Positions 13,572-26,140 of a DNA stretch of 64,000 nucleotides are shown here, one piece after another. The translations under genes were made by a program, and so were the position numbers. Numbering within the stretch: position 1 is the first letter of the stretch; each line of letters starts with the position of its first letter. The notes under the pieces are model-generated. The model worked only from the letters and a program-made list of their open reading frames with translations. It searched no databases and was not told where the DNA came from. Source of the DNA: Macrostomum hystrix (Eukaryota; Animalia; Platyhelminthes); contig CATNEN010000024.1 in NCBI GenBank assembly GCA_950097015.1, forward strand, positions 5,642,001-5,706,000, written 5' to 3'.

Positions 13572-14165
13572 TGACCCTCTCTCCCGGGTCTCTCGGTTGG
13601 TCATGACCCTCCCTCCCCAGTCTCTCGGTTGGTCATGACCCTCCCTCCCCAGTCTCTCGGTTGGTCATGACCCTCCCTCCCCAGTCTCTCGGTTGGTCAT
13701 GACCCTCCCTCCCGCGTCTCTCGGTTGGTCATGACCCTCCCTCCCCAGTCTCTCGGTTGGTCATGACCCTCCCTCCCCAGTCTCTCGGTTGGTCATGACC
13801 CTCCCTCCCGCGTCTCTCGGTTGGTCATGACCCTCCCTCCCCAGTCTCTCGGTTGGTCATGACCCTCCCTCCCCAGTCTCTCGGTTGGTCATGACCCTCC
13901 ATCCCCAGTCTCTCGGTTGGTCATGACCCTCCATCCCCAGTCTCTCGGTTGGTCATGACCCTCCCTCCCCAGTCTCTCGGTTGGTCATGACCCTCCATCC
14001 CCAGTCTCTCGGTTGGTCATGACCCTCCCTCCCCAGTCTCTCGGTTGGTCATGACCCTCCCTCCCCAGTCTCTCGGTTGGTCATGACCCTCCCTCCCCAG
14101 TCTCTCGGTTGGTCATGACCCTCCATCCCCAGTCTCTCGGTTGGTCATGACCCCGATCCCTCCCC
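13572..14165. repeat. 32-bp minisatellite (atgaccctccctccccagtctctcggttggtc)
   Basis: About 18 copies; the unit junction forms the palindrome GGTCATGACC. Confidence 0.95.
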
Positions 14166-14809
14166 AGTCTCCCCTTCTGGGTCATAACCCAGAATGGTCA
14201 TAACCCATATTTTTTCTCTTCGCAATATCTGGTGTATAAATATTGTAACTACAATATACGAGTAGAAATAAAAAGGAGAAATTTGCAGCAATGTTTCTTT
14301 GCACTCTGTTCTGGAAAACACTCACTCGTATACAAAATCTTGCAAAACTATATTATAGCTACGACTTGTACATAAAATAAAAATCTCGGCTAACAGTCAA
14401 GTGTGCAATTTTTCTACACAATATATTTTACCATTCTGCACCCGATAAAATCAGGCCAGAGTCTGTATAACTAAAATTCACGACGGCATTGTCTGAAATC
14501 TGTGCCGCGACATTTGTGAACTTTCTCAAATGTCATATTTTAGGCTTGATGTGTGGGAAAATCTGTTTTTTTTAATTAATTATTTCTATTGGAAACTGCA
14601 GAGAAGACAGATATCACACTGTTGCCGTAGCGGACGAACAATGTAGCTGGCCCTCAAAATATCATTTGATATCATTCGTGCTATAGTGACATAAAGCCAT
14701 GTCAAAGTGGCATTTGTAGCAAAGTGGCAGTTGAGTCAAGTGGCGTTTGTTGCAAAGTGGCAGTGTCAAAGTGGGATACTCCATCGAAAAAATAGCAGAC
14801 TGTCTTGTC

Positions 14810-15285
14810 AGAGTGGCAGAGACTGCACAGTCAGAGGAGCAGAGACTGCACAGTCAGAGTGGCAGAGACTGCACAGTCAGAGTGGCAGAGACTGCACAGT
14901 CAGAATGGCAGAGACTGCACAGTCAGAATGGCAGAGACTGCACAGTCAGAATGGCAGAGACTGCACAGTCAGAATGGCAGAGACTGCACAGTCAGAGGGG
15001 CAGAGACTGCACAGTCAGAGGGGCAGAGACTGCACAGTCAGAGGGGCAGAGACTGCACAGTCAGAGGGGCAGAGACTGCACAGTCAGAGGGGCAGAGACT
15101 GCACAGTCAGAGGGGCAGAGACTGCACAGCCAGAGGGGCAGAGACTGCACAGTCAGAGGGGCAGAGACTGCACAGTCAGAGGGGCAGAGACTGCACAGTC
15201 AGAGGGGCAGAGACTGCACAGTCAGAGGGGCAGAGACTGCACAGTCAGAGGGGCAGAGACTGCACAGCCAGAGGGGCAGAGACTC
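14810..15285. repeat. 21-bp minisatellite (ggcagagactgcacagtcaga-g)
   Basis: About 22 copies. Confidence 0.95.
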
Positions 15286-15958
15286 TGCGAAGAAAGCAGC
15301 AGCAAAAGGTATTTTTGCAAAACAAGAAAATAAGTGTAGACTGGCGAGCATTAGGCAGCAATGAAACATAAAAGTAGCGGCATCTACTGGCGGCGGAGGC
15401 TGGCGTGAAATCAAACGGGAAATTTATGACGATTTCGGCACCGCCCACAGTTGTAAACCCCACGCTCTCTTGCATACAGTCTGATGGTATTCGCTTTATA
15501 GTTGAAGCTTTTGGCAGTAAAAAATATGGCCTATTAGAAAGCATATAGGAGCATTTGCGACGTCAAAAAGCCAGACCGCAAGGAGCCCCTCCTGACTCCG
15601 AAACAACCTGCGATCATAAAACATCCCGGCCACCACCGTGTCACCCACCTCTGCAGATTCCAGATATGCGATAGTTCTAGCAGTGTTTTTGGCTGACCCA
15701 ACCAGTGCCACACACAGTGAACTGCAAGCATTGGTTGGCTGAAATTCGAGAAGATAAATACTGAGAAATATACTTCCAATAGGCGCTTCTTGTTTCTTTG
15801 CAATGTGACTAAATAAAACTGAGATTACTGCCACTTTTCTAAGACAGCTATTTCAGCTTGTTTGCCTAGGAAAAGGAAAAGAACTGATTTGAAAAAAATC
15901 AGTGAGACATCGTTCCACCTGACAATTTAAAATTAACGGGCGCAAGGCACCCCAACAC

Positions 15959-18517
15959 ATGTGGTGTCCGCTGCAGCCACTGCCGCAGCCACCACAGCTG
16001 ACGCTGCTGCTGCTACTGCTGTTGTCTGCGAGCTGTTGGGACTCCTGTTCGGCAATAAAATGGCTGTGAGTAAATAATGACAACTGTTTTTCCTCCTTTA
16101 AAGTTTTGAGAGGCTGTTGGGTGAGAGGCTGTTGGGTGAGAGGCTGTTGGGTGAGAGGCTGTAGGGTGAGAGGCTGTAGGGTGAGAGGCTGTAGGGTGAG
16201 AGGCTGAAGGGTGAGAGGCTGTAGGGTGAGAGGCTGAAGGGTGAGAGGCTGTAGGGTGAGAGGCTGAAGGGTGAGAGGCTGAAGGGTGAGAGGCTGTAGG
16301 GTGAGAGACTGTAGGGTGAGAGGCTGAAGGGTCAGAGGCTGTTGGGTAAGAGGCTGTTGGGTGAGAGGCTGTTGGGTGAGAGGCTGTAGGGTGAGAGGCT
16401 GTTGGGTGAGAGGCTGTTGGGTGAGAGGCTGAAGGGTGAGAGGCTGTAGGGTGAGAGGCTGTAGGGTGAGAGGCTGTAGGGTGAGAGGCTGAAGGGTGAG
16501 AGGCTGTAGGGTGAGAGGCTGTAGGGTGAGAGGCTGTAGGGTGAGAGGCTGAAGGGTGAGGCAATGTAGGGTGAGAGGCTGTAGGGTGAGAGACTGTAGG
16601 GTGAGAGGCTGAAGGGTGAGAGGCTGTTGGGTAAGAGGCTGTTGGGTGAGAGGCTGTTGGGTGAGAGGCTGTAGGGTGAGAGGCTGTTGGGTGAGAGGCT
16701 GTTGGGTGAGAGGCTGAAGGGTGAGAGGCTGTAGGGTGAGAGGCTGTAGGGTGAGAGGCTGTAGGGTGAGAGGCTGTTGGGTGAGAGGCTGTAGGGTGAG
16801 GCTGTAGGGTGAGAGGCTGTAGGGTGAGAGGCTGAAGGGTGAGAGGCTGTAGGGTGAGAGGCTGAAGGGTGAGAGGCTGTAGGGTGAGAGGCTGAAGGGT
16901 GAGAGGCTGAAGGGTGAGAGGCTGTAGGGTGAGAGACTGTAGGGTGAGAGGCTGAAGGGTCAGAGGCTGTTGGGTAAGAGGCTGTTGGGTGAGAGGCTGT
17001 TGGGTGAGAGGCTGTAGGGTGAGAGGCTGTTGGGTGAGAGGCTGTTGGGTGAGAGGCTGAAGGGTGAGAGGCTGTAGGGTGAGAGGCTGTAGGGTGAGAG
17101 GCTGTAGGGTGAGAGGCTGAAGGGTGAGAGGCTGTAGGGTGAGAGGCTGTAGGGTGAGAGGCTGTAGGGTGAGAGGCTGAAGGGTGAGGCAATGTAGGGT
17201 GAGAGGCTGTAGGGTGAGAGACTGTAGGGTGAGAGGCTGAAGGGTGAGAGGCTGTTGGGTAAGAGGCTGTTGGGTGAGAGGCTGTTGGGTGAGAGGCTGT
17301 AGGGTGAGAGGCTGTTGGGTGAGAGGCTGTTGGGTGAGAGGCTGAAGGGTGAGAGGCTGTAGGGTGAGAGGCTGTAGGGTGAGAGGCTGTAGGGTGAGAG
17401 GCTGTTGGGTGAGAGGCTGTAGGGTGAGGCTGTAGGGTGAGAGGCTGTAGGGTGAGAGGCTGAAGGGTGAGGCAATGTAGTGTGAGAGGCTGTAGGGTGA
17501 GAGGCTGTTGGGTGAGAGGCTGCAGTGTGAGATACGGCAGGGTGAGATACTGAAGGGTGAGACAATGAAGGGTGAGGCAATGAAGGGTGAGACTCTGAAA
17601 TGGGAGAAGGGTGGAAACAAGCGTTAGAGCCCCCTGCAGAAGAAGGTGCATCGGGATGTTCAGTGTGACCAGCCGCCGCTGCCCGCTCTCGCAGAGGATT
17701 GTCCAAGTTTGAAGCACTGAGCGATGGCGCCTCCCTGACAGACTTTTGCAACGCGATGCAGCGGCAGTCCATATTCGACTCACGGCAGAGCAGGCTCTGT
17801 AAGAATTCGTCTTCTCGAGCGGACAACGCTGCGATCGTGTCCGCCCTCATCGATGCCTCAAAGCAGACTTTGGCACTGTGCCAGCATCAGTTACGGGGCT
17901 TCAGATGGAACTGCGGAGTGCTGGAGCACGTGCCGCAGCTGGCGCCAGAGCTGAGGACCCGTGAGTTGGTTTCCGCTGTGCCCAATCGCACCAGTCTGTT
18001 GGTTTCCGCTGTCCCCAATCACACCAGTCTGTTGGTTTCCGCTGTCCCCAATCACACCAGTCTGTTGGTTTCCGCTGTCCCCAATCACACCAGTCTGTTG
18101 GTTTCCGCTGTCCCCAATCACACCAGTCTGTTGGTTTCCGCTGTCCCCAATCGCACCAGTCTGTTGGTTTCCGCTGTCTCCATTCACACCAGTCTGTTGG
18201 TTTCCACTGTCTCCATTCACACCAGTCTGTTGGTTTCCGCTGTATTCACCCACACCAGTCTGTTGGTTTCCGCTGTCTCCACTCACACAGTGACTGCAGA
18301 GCAGGCTCTGGTGCACGCTTTGTCTGGCTTCGTGTTGGCCACGAGCCTTGCCAACGATTGCGCCCGTGGTGCCATCGCGGACTGCCCGTGCGGCGCTGAG
18401 CCCACCTGGCTGCGGGATAAATGGCCAGGTGTACCATTCAGCTTGGAGGCCTGCCACACCAATCTGCAGATGGGCCAACGGCTGGCTCGCCAGTTTCTTA
18501 TCGGAGGCGGCAGAGGC

Positions 18518-18556
<39 letters not shown>

Positions 18557-21500
18557 AGAGGCGGCGGCGGCGGCAGCGGCGGCGTCAGCAACGGCGGCGA
18601 CAGACGACAGCGGCGTCGTCGGCCACGACCCCGCCAATCCGGGGCCAGCGACGCCTCCTCGGGCCAGATCTACAGGAAATTTGCGCGCAAGGTGAATCGG
18701 CACAATTACCGGGTTGGCATCAAGGCCACGAAGCACAGCGAGGCTGTGCGCTGCAAATGCCACGGCACCAGTGCCTCCTGCACAATCCGCACCTGTCACA
18801 AGGTGCTGCACCAGCGCGGCCTTCAGATGCGGCCAACGGATTATGTGCGACGAACTGAAAAGGATCCGATCGATTTGCTAATCAACATGTATGATAAGGT
18901 GAGCTGCGGCATCTGACAGATTAGATTGACGGCTGGGAAGAGCAACTAACCCTGCTAGACAATGGCTAAGATGCTTATTCTGCTTAAGAGGCACACCTGC
19001 TAGATAAGAGGTACACCTGCTAGATAAGAGGTACACCTGCTAGATAAGAGGCACACCTGCTAGATAAGATGCACACCTTCAAGATAAGATGCACACCTGC
19101 TAGATAATAGGCACACCTGCTAGATAAGATTCCGACCAGATAGATAAGAGGCATATCGTCTAGATGAGGTTCACACCTGCTAGATGAGGTTCACACCTGC
19201 TAGATGAGATTCACACCTGCTAGATGAGGTTCACACCCGCTAGATGAGGTTCACACCTGCCAGATGAGGTTCACACCTGCTAGATGAGGTTCACACCTGC
19301 TAGATGAGGTTCACACCTGCTAGATGAGGTTCACACCTGCTAGATGAGGTTCACACCTGTTGGACAATATGTATACTTGCTAGACAAAGTGTTCATATCA
19401 GAAAATCCATCACACTTGCTAGATAGGGCATGAATATATTAGCTATGCAATAATAGTTAGGCTAAATTCGTTATTGAACTCAAGCAAAACCTGCGGCGAA
19501 CCATATTCGACGAGCGAGGCTATCAGGGCTACGAGGAGCGCTGTACAGAGGCCGACCGGAACGCTGCCAACAACCCTCTGAATGCCAAGCAGCGCTGCGA
19601 GTTCTACAGAATTGTCAAAGGCCTGCCCAGCTCTGACGTGCTGCTGTTCAAGGAGCACTCACTCGACTACTGCTCACTGAGGGAGGGCCTCTACCCGGGA
19701 ACTACCGACAGGTGCGTCCAGCGCATCTCCTTTCCGTGTCTTTCTTGTCTGCTCTTCCTTGTCTCCTCTTCCTTGTCTCCTCTTCCTTGTCTCCTCTTCC
19801 TTGTCTACTCTTCCGTGTCTGCTCTTTCTTGTCTCCTCTTCCTTGTCTGCTCTTCCTTGTCTGCTCTTCCTTGTCTGCTCTTCCTTGTCTGCTCTTCCTT
19901 GTCTGCTCTTCCTTGTCTGCTCTTCCTTGTCTGCTCTTCCTTGTCTGCTCTTCCTTGTCTGCTCTTCCTTGTCTCCTCTTCCTTGTCTCCTCTTCCTTGT
20001 CTCCTCTTCCTTGTCTCCTCTTCCTTGTCTGCTCTTCCTTGTCTGCTCTTCCTTGTCTGCTCTTCCTTGTCTGCTCTTCCTTGTCTGCTCTTCCTTGTCT
20101 GCTCTTCCTTGTCTGCTCTTCCTTGTCTGCTCTTCCTTGTCTGCTCTTCCTTGTCTCCTCTTCCTTGTCTCCTCTTCCTTGTCTCCTCTTCCTTGTCTCC
20201 TCTTCCTTGTCTCCTCTTCCTTGTCTGCTCTTCCTTGTCTGCTCTTCCTTGTCTCCTTTTCCTTGTCTCCTCTTCCTTGTCTCCTTTTCCTTGTCTCCTC
20301 TTTCTTGTCTTCCTGTCTCATCTTCTTGTCTTTTCTTCCTTGTCTCTTTGTCTCCTCTTTATTTTATTTTTGTCTTTCTTGCATAATAATGCAAGAATTG
20401 CAGCAAACAAGCTCGGCGTCTCTCTCTCTCTCCCTCTCGCTCTCTCATCTCGGTGTCATTAATCAACGGTCACGCTGTAGTCCGAGTCGGCAGTGCTGTT
20501 CGTTGCAGTTTTCTCTTCGAAGATTCATTTAATATTCCTTCGTCTAGTTTTTGTCTGGTCGTTCAGGTGCTTTTCCACCGGGCCAGCCGCTGAACTCGAT
20601 CGCATTCGACAAATTTATGACCGCCGTTTCCTATTACTCGCTTAGCCTAATCAAATTGCGAATTCCGAATCTCCCAGACATTGCCTATTCAAGCATAAGC
20701 ACATACGAGAATACACATTATATTTGGAATATTGTGAAGCGCAAAAAATATTGGCCCTAGCAGAAGTTGGGCAATTCCCGGGGCCGGAAAGACTAGTTAA
20801 ATTCTAGGAAAAGCGGGCGGCGAGGGTACAGGCGGGATGGGTAGGCCGCGATTCCATGATTGATTGTCAGGCTATGGCCTGTCCAATGCCGGATCAGCCA
20901 CCGTCTCGCATACTTTCCTTATCAGACTTGAAATATCTGCGCTACTCCATTGCGGCGTCCAAGCGGCCCTTCAAAACCCACTTAGAAAACAATTCCAGGT
21001 GGCCTGAAAATGAGACACCCGGTCATTGGGGATCATCGTGAGACTGAGCGACAGTTTGAACTAGCCTCCGATCCAATCGGCTCCCGCGTCCGCCCATCAT
21101 CCGCCCCTCATCCGCCATCCCATCGAATCTAATCCATTCTTGCATACGCCACTGATCCGCCCCTGACTCATCATCATCCGCCCCTGAATTACCCTTATCC
21201 GCAAATCAGCCGCCCCCTGTCTCACTATCATCCGCCCCTCATCCGACCCTCATCCGACCCTCATCCGACCCTCATCCGCCCCTTATCCACACTTGTCTCA
21301 CCATCATCCGCCCCTCATCCGACCCTCATCCGACCCTCATCCGACCCTCATCCGACCCTCATCCGCCCCTTATCCACACTTGTCTCACCATCATCCGCCC
21401 CTCATCCGACCCTCATCCGACCCTCATCCGACCCTCATCCGACCCTCATCCGCCCCTTATCCACACTTGTCTCACCATCATCCGCCCCTCATCCGACCCT

Positions 21501-22083
21501 CATCCGACCCTCATCCGACCCTCATCCGACCCTCATCCGCCCCTTATCCACACTTGTCTCACCATCATCCGCCCCTCATCCGACCCTCATCCGACCCTCA
21601 TCCGACCCTCATCCGACCCTCATCCGCCCCTTATCCACACTTGTCTCACCATCATCCGCCCCTCATCCGACCCTCATCCGCCCCTCATCCGACCCTCATC
21701 CGACCCTCATCCGACCCTCATCCGACCCTCATCCGCCCCTTATCCACACTTGTCTCACCATCATCCGCCCCTTATCCACACTTGTCTCACCATCATCCGC
21801 CCCTTATCCACACTTGTCTCACCATCATCCGCCCCTCACCCCGCACAGGGAGTGCCTGCCAGACGGCAGCCCGGAGGCGAAGCGGATCCTGTCCAGCGAC
21901 TCTGGCGATCGCCGGCGCGAAATCCTCTGCAGCGTGATGTGCTGCGGCCGGCCCTACAGAAACCTGACCGTGGTTTACCCCGGCAGCCATCGCGACTGCA
22001 AGGCCAAGTCCTGCCGGCTGCTGCAGAACCCCTTCCGGGTTGAGTGCCAGCCGTGCAGCGTGGCCAAGTCCCTGTGCAGCTGA
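15959..22083 (+). CDS. wnt11: Divergent Wnt ligand, Wnt11-like (~488 aa)
   Basis: Exons 15959-16065, 17695-17960, 18291-18898, 19461-19711 and 21849-22083 (phases 2,1,0,2). Signal peptide then IKWL|GLSK (Wnt11 has IKWLALSK), followed by RWNC, EQALVHALS, HNYRVG, CKCHGTSASCTIRTC, DYC...GTTDR and CSVMCCGRPY. Confidence 0.9.
16108..17592. repeat. 15-bp minisatellite (gggtgagaggctgta)
   Basis: Fills Wnt intron 1. Confidence 0.97.
17961..18290. repeat. 33-bp x 10 array forming the whole of Wnt intron 2
   Basis: 330 bp = 10 units; the first unit starts GTGAGT and the last ends CACAG. Confidence 0.92.
18985..19362. repeat. 20-bp tandem repeat (cacacctgctagataagagg / ggttcacacctgctagatga)
   Basis: Wnt intron 3. 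Confidence 0.92.
19730..20355. repeat. 14-bp pyrimidine repeat (cttgtctgctcttc)
   Basis: 5' part of Wnt intron 4. Confidence 0.95.
21095..21838. repeat. 11-bp repeat (catccgaccct) in an 87-bp higher-order unit
   Basis: 3' part of Wnt intron 4, ending at the acceptor. Confidence 0.92.
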
Positions 22084-22344
22084 GGCAATGCCAGACTCAA
22101 GCATTGAAAGCGTGTATTATTTAGTCAAGCTGTGCAAGTTTTCGTGCAACCTGAGAGTTTTATTGTGGAGCTATTTTTTCAAGTTTGCCCGCCTTACCTC
22201 ATCTGCTGTCATCTGTCTGGCCTAATTCAAGAAACAATTGATTAACCTAATTCACTTACGTTATAATTATATTTTAAACAACTAACCCAAGGTGCGACAA
22301 TTGCAGATTCAATACTTATGTGGTGCACTGCATGTTCTAAGCAA

Positions 22345-22826
22345 TTAGTTTAATCCAAGATCTCCAGTTTCGTGCAGATAAATTAGATGAAATCCGGGGG
22401 TCAAGACCCGTCAGCCATTCAGCAAACTCCCGCCTTCTCGCAAACGTCTGCAGGCTGTTGCGTACCGTTGGAATATCTGCGTCTCTTCAATGCAACGTCA
22501 ACAGAGGGTTTCTCTTGATTTCATTGAGTAGCAGTTGGACCTGATGCTCAAGCAACTTGCTCTGGCGATTCCACCTCTTCGCAGACGACTTCTTCTGCCA
22601 GTGGTTTCAACGCGCAGATGGCAGATGGTAAACCGTATTTTCGTTAACATTCAGCAACCTTGCAATGTCCTTTGGGTGTTCACCTCTGTCGAGCGCTTCA
22701 ATCACCAGCCTATGGTGCTCGTTCGAGAGTCTAGCATATGGTCCACGATTCTGTTGCTGATCTGGCTCTTCCGCAGCAGTTGCAAATGAGGAATTGCTTC
22801 CGTCCTCACTGACTCGTGTCAGTCAT
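22345..22826 (-). mobile_element. Degraded Tc1/mariner (IS630-Tc1) transposase remnant
   Basis: Minus-strand fragments across frameshifts: YARLSNEHHRLVIEALDRGEHPKDIARLLNVNENTVYH (HTH), TGRRSRLRRGG, SKLLEHQVQLLLNEIKRNPLLTL and RNSLQTFARRREFAEWLTGLDPGFHLIYLHETG (DETG motif, first Asp read as His). Stops and deletions are present; no TIRs identified. Confidence 0.8.
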
Positions 22827-23102
22827 GCCTAAATTTAAATCTAAGAAGGAAACTAAGAAAACGCTATGGACCCAACTGGTGCTTCTTGGACCGAATTAAA
22901 TGCCGCTAATGAAATGGCATCCTTTTGGCCATAGACTAAAGCTGCAATATTCTAGCAGGCACATCTTGGATTAAATCATCTATATACTATACACTTTTTA
23001 TGTAACACGGTTGAGGACGCAATTGGTGGCCCATTTTTTTCTAACTAGATTTGTTTGAATCATAGAATCAATGAAACAATTAAATCATTGTTTCATTGAC
23101 AA

Positions 23103-23404
23103 AGACTTTGATGGAGTGACACAGACTTTGATGGAGTGACACAGACTACGATGGAGTGACACAGACCTGGATGGAGTGACACAGACAATGATGGAGTGAC
23201 ACAGACCTGGATGGAGTGACACAGACTATGATGGAGTGACACAGACTATGATGGAGTGACACAGGCCTGGATGGAGTGACACAGACTATGATGGTGTGAC
23301 ACAGACTATGATGGTGTGACACAGACTATGATGGAGGGACACAGACTATGGTGGAGTGACACAGACTATGATGGAGTGACACAGACTATGATGGAGTGAC
23401 ACAG
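23103..23404. repeat. 20-bp minisatellite (gatggagtgacacagactat), family A copy 1
   Basis: Same unit as 27866-28640. Confidence 0.95.
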
Positions 23405-23981
23405 TAATCTAAAAATTACATCAGATTTTAGTATCTATGGATAAAAATTAACTGCTTGTAAGACCCAATGGGTTGCAAGAAGCATTATTTTTTGTAGAAC
23501 ATTTACAGTAGAAATAGCACGGTTGTATTTCAAATACCAATTTAATTTTTTCTGTCTCGCAAAATATTCAAACAATGTCAGCTATCATTTTTTACTATTT
23601 TGGATTGATTAAATTGTGAATGATTTCAAATTTTTAAAGAGGGCTTTAAAAGTCAGTTCATCGAAAAGGCGGAATATTTTGATCCATATGGTTTCTCTGC
23701 CAGTGACTATTTTGTCTATGGCCCAACCATTTGGCCTAACCAACCTACCTAATCTTTAGTTTTTAACTAGCTCATAAAATGTCAAGTCGTTATAAAATAA
23801 GATTAAAAATCGATTTACAAATCTTCTGTGTGACAGTTTTTCGTTATAACGGTTTGCATCGTTCACCTGCTTTCGCTTGCTTTCGTCATTTACGTTGTTT
23901 CTCGTTTACCGCCTCCCTCAATACCTCACTACCCTACTGCTAGTACTGTATCACAGTCTTTTTTGTAATAATACGCTCGCC

Positions 23982-24242
23982 ATGAAAGATAAACGCGAAT
24001 TGCATCACAATTTCTGGTCTCGATGTTCGATGCTTGTTTATTCAAAAGGTTGATGAAAACTCGAGTTAAGCGTTAAAAAAGATCCCATTTTTTTTCTATT
24101 TGTTAATCCGTGTGTCAATTATTTTTCAGAAATTTTCTAAATAATGATATTGTTTGTTTTTTTATCTTTTTTAGTGATTCCCGATGCTAACAACTTGCCA
24201 GAGGAGAAATCTGTGGCACTAAAAAAAGTTCAACCTTGCTAA
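23982..24242 (+). CDS. Possible two-exon 44-aa small ORF
   Basis: Exon 23982-24048 (weak donor G|GTTGAT) and exon 24175-24242 (strong T-tract acceptor) join in phase to give MKDKRELHHNFWSRCSMLVYSKVIPDANNLPEEKSVALKKVQPC*. AATAAA follows. No homology recognised. Confidence 0.2.
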
Positions 24243-24519
24243 TAAACACTATCAAATCCTATTGACTATTTTTGCACTGTTCAATCATGTTTTAGGCGCA
24301 GTGACAACTGGAACTACTAGAAGTAGTATTGAAAATATTCTTCTGGACGAAAAATTGTTCAGCTTCTAATAAAAATGTTGCTACTTGTGTACTGTGCAAT
24401 AAAATAAATATATATTAGATTGCTGTCGAAGTAAGTAGTATAGTTTGGCATTCTTTTAGAGTACATAAGTAAAAGTACATTTTACTTAGGCAAAGTACAT
24501 ACTTACCATGTGAGAAATT

Positions 24520-24996
24520 GTGATGGGAGAGATTGTGAAGGGAGACATTGTGAAGGGAGAGATTGTGAAGGGAGAGATTGTGAAGGGAGAGATTGTGAAG
24601 GGAGAGATTGTGAAGGGAGAGATTGTGAAGGGAGAGATTGTGAAGGGAGAGATTGTGAAGGGAGAGATTGTGAAGGGAGAGATTGTGAAGGGAGAGATTG
24701 TGATGGGAGAGATTGTGAAGGGAGAGATTGTGAAGGGAGAGATTGTGAAGGGAGAGATTGTGAAGGGAGAGATTGTGAAGGGAGAGATTGTGAAGGGAGA
24801 GATTGTGAAGGGAGAGATTGTGAAGGGAGAGATTGTGAAGGGAGAGATTGTGAAGGGAGAGATTGTGAAGGGAGAGATTGTGAAGGGAGAGATTGTGAAG
24901 GGAGAGATTGTGAAGGGAGAGATTGTGAAGGGAGAGATTGTGAAGGGAGAGATTGTGATGGGAGAGATTGTGATGGGAGAGATTGTGATGGGAGAT
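24520..24996. repeat. 15-bp minisatellite (gggagagattgtgaa)
   Basis: About 32 near-perfect copies. Confidence 0.97.
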
Positions 24997-25208
24997 ACCT
25001 AAATGATGGATAACATATTAACAGGGAACATGGGAGAAAAGTGGATGAAGAAACAGACGGCATCGACGAATGTCTCCCGGAGAGGTCGGGTTTGCTTCGG
25101 TCACTCGAACTAGACTTCACTTTCTGCCTGTTGCAAGAAGTTTTTCTTCCCTTGGATCTTCTGTGAGGATTGAAATGCCCTTCGGCAAGAATGCTCGCAG
25201 TAAATTAG

Positions 25209-26045
25209 TCAGAGGGAGGAAGAGATTGGAGGGCCTTGGGCAGCGGCAGGTGACACACTGGTAGCACAGCTGTCCTTGACGACACGACAACTCGACGCCA
25301 GCTGCTCCTGGATTGGGCTGGCGGCGGAAACCCGCTGCGGCTTCTTCTGCCAGTTAGTCGCTGTCCTGTTACCCGCGGCAAAACAAAAGCCAATTTCGCC
25401 TTCCCTTCTGATCCGGGCCTCCATGGGGCCTTACTTCACCATGACGACAAGCTGGGATTCGGCTGGAGATTGACGGTCACATTGCGGAGGAGGGGGCGGC
25501 TGCTGGGCGAATGACTGGTTATCGAACAAACTCGTGGTAACATAGGAACATACTGGGGGGGGCGAGTGAAAATGCGCATTTCACTGACTCATGGCCGGAG
25601 CCTCCGCTTCATCTTGCCAGCAAATTATTCCCATCTCACTAGTCCCCATCACACTTATCCCTATCTCACCCACATCCATTTCACTTATCAACATCTCAGC
25701 CAACGAGGTTAAGTAAGTAAAAAAAGCTCAATAGCAGCATGAAAATATTCTAAGTGAGCCAATTATCTTTTTCTGACTGTCGTCTGATATTTTCCTTCCC
25801 ATTTTCGAATTCCCAAAAATTTATTGCTCCCCTCCTCGCTCATGTTTTAAGTGGGGATCGCTTCTGACGGGCAGAGTTTCCCAGGTGGACCAGAAGTTAG
25901 ACTGATCCCATGCAGTTTTTGAACTGCTGTCCAAAATTCGCTTCAGCTCCCTCTGGCTCCGAAGTTCTTTCTGGGAAAGGCAAATTCTCGGGAGTACTGT
26001 GGCGGCTGGGGTGGGTGCTGGGGTTCTGGCCGCCCTTCCTGGCTG
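25209..26045 (-). CDS. Fragments of an unassigned low-complexity gene (3' exons)
   Basis: Exons 25552-25435 and 25365-25209 splice in phase across a 69-nt GTAAGG..CAG intron: CSYVTTSLFDNQSFAQQPPPPPQ...VMVK|TATNWQKKP...PISSSL*. An open exon-like segment starts at a CTGCAG acceptor near 26042 (LSQKELRSQRELKRILDSS), but I could not join it in phase. Confidence 0.35.
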
Positions 26046-26105
26046 CAGAAATCATTACGAACTGTAAGTCGAGAGTGCAGTCAAAGAACTGGATAGAATG
26101 AACAG

Positions 26106-26140
<35 letters not shown>

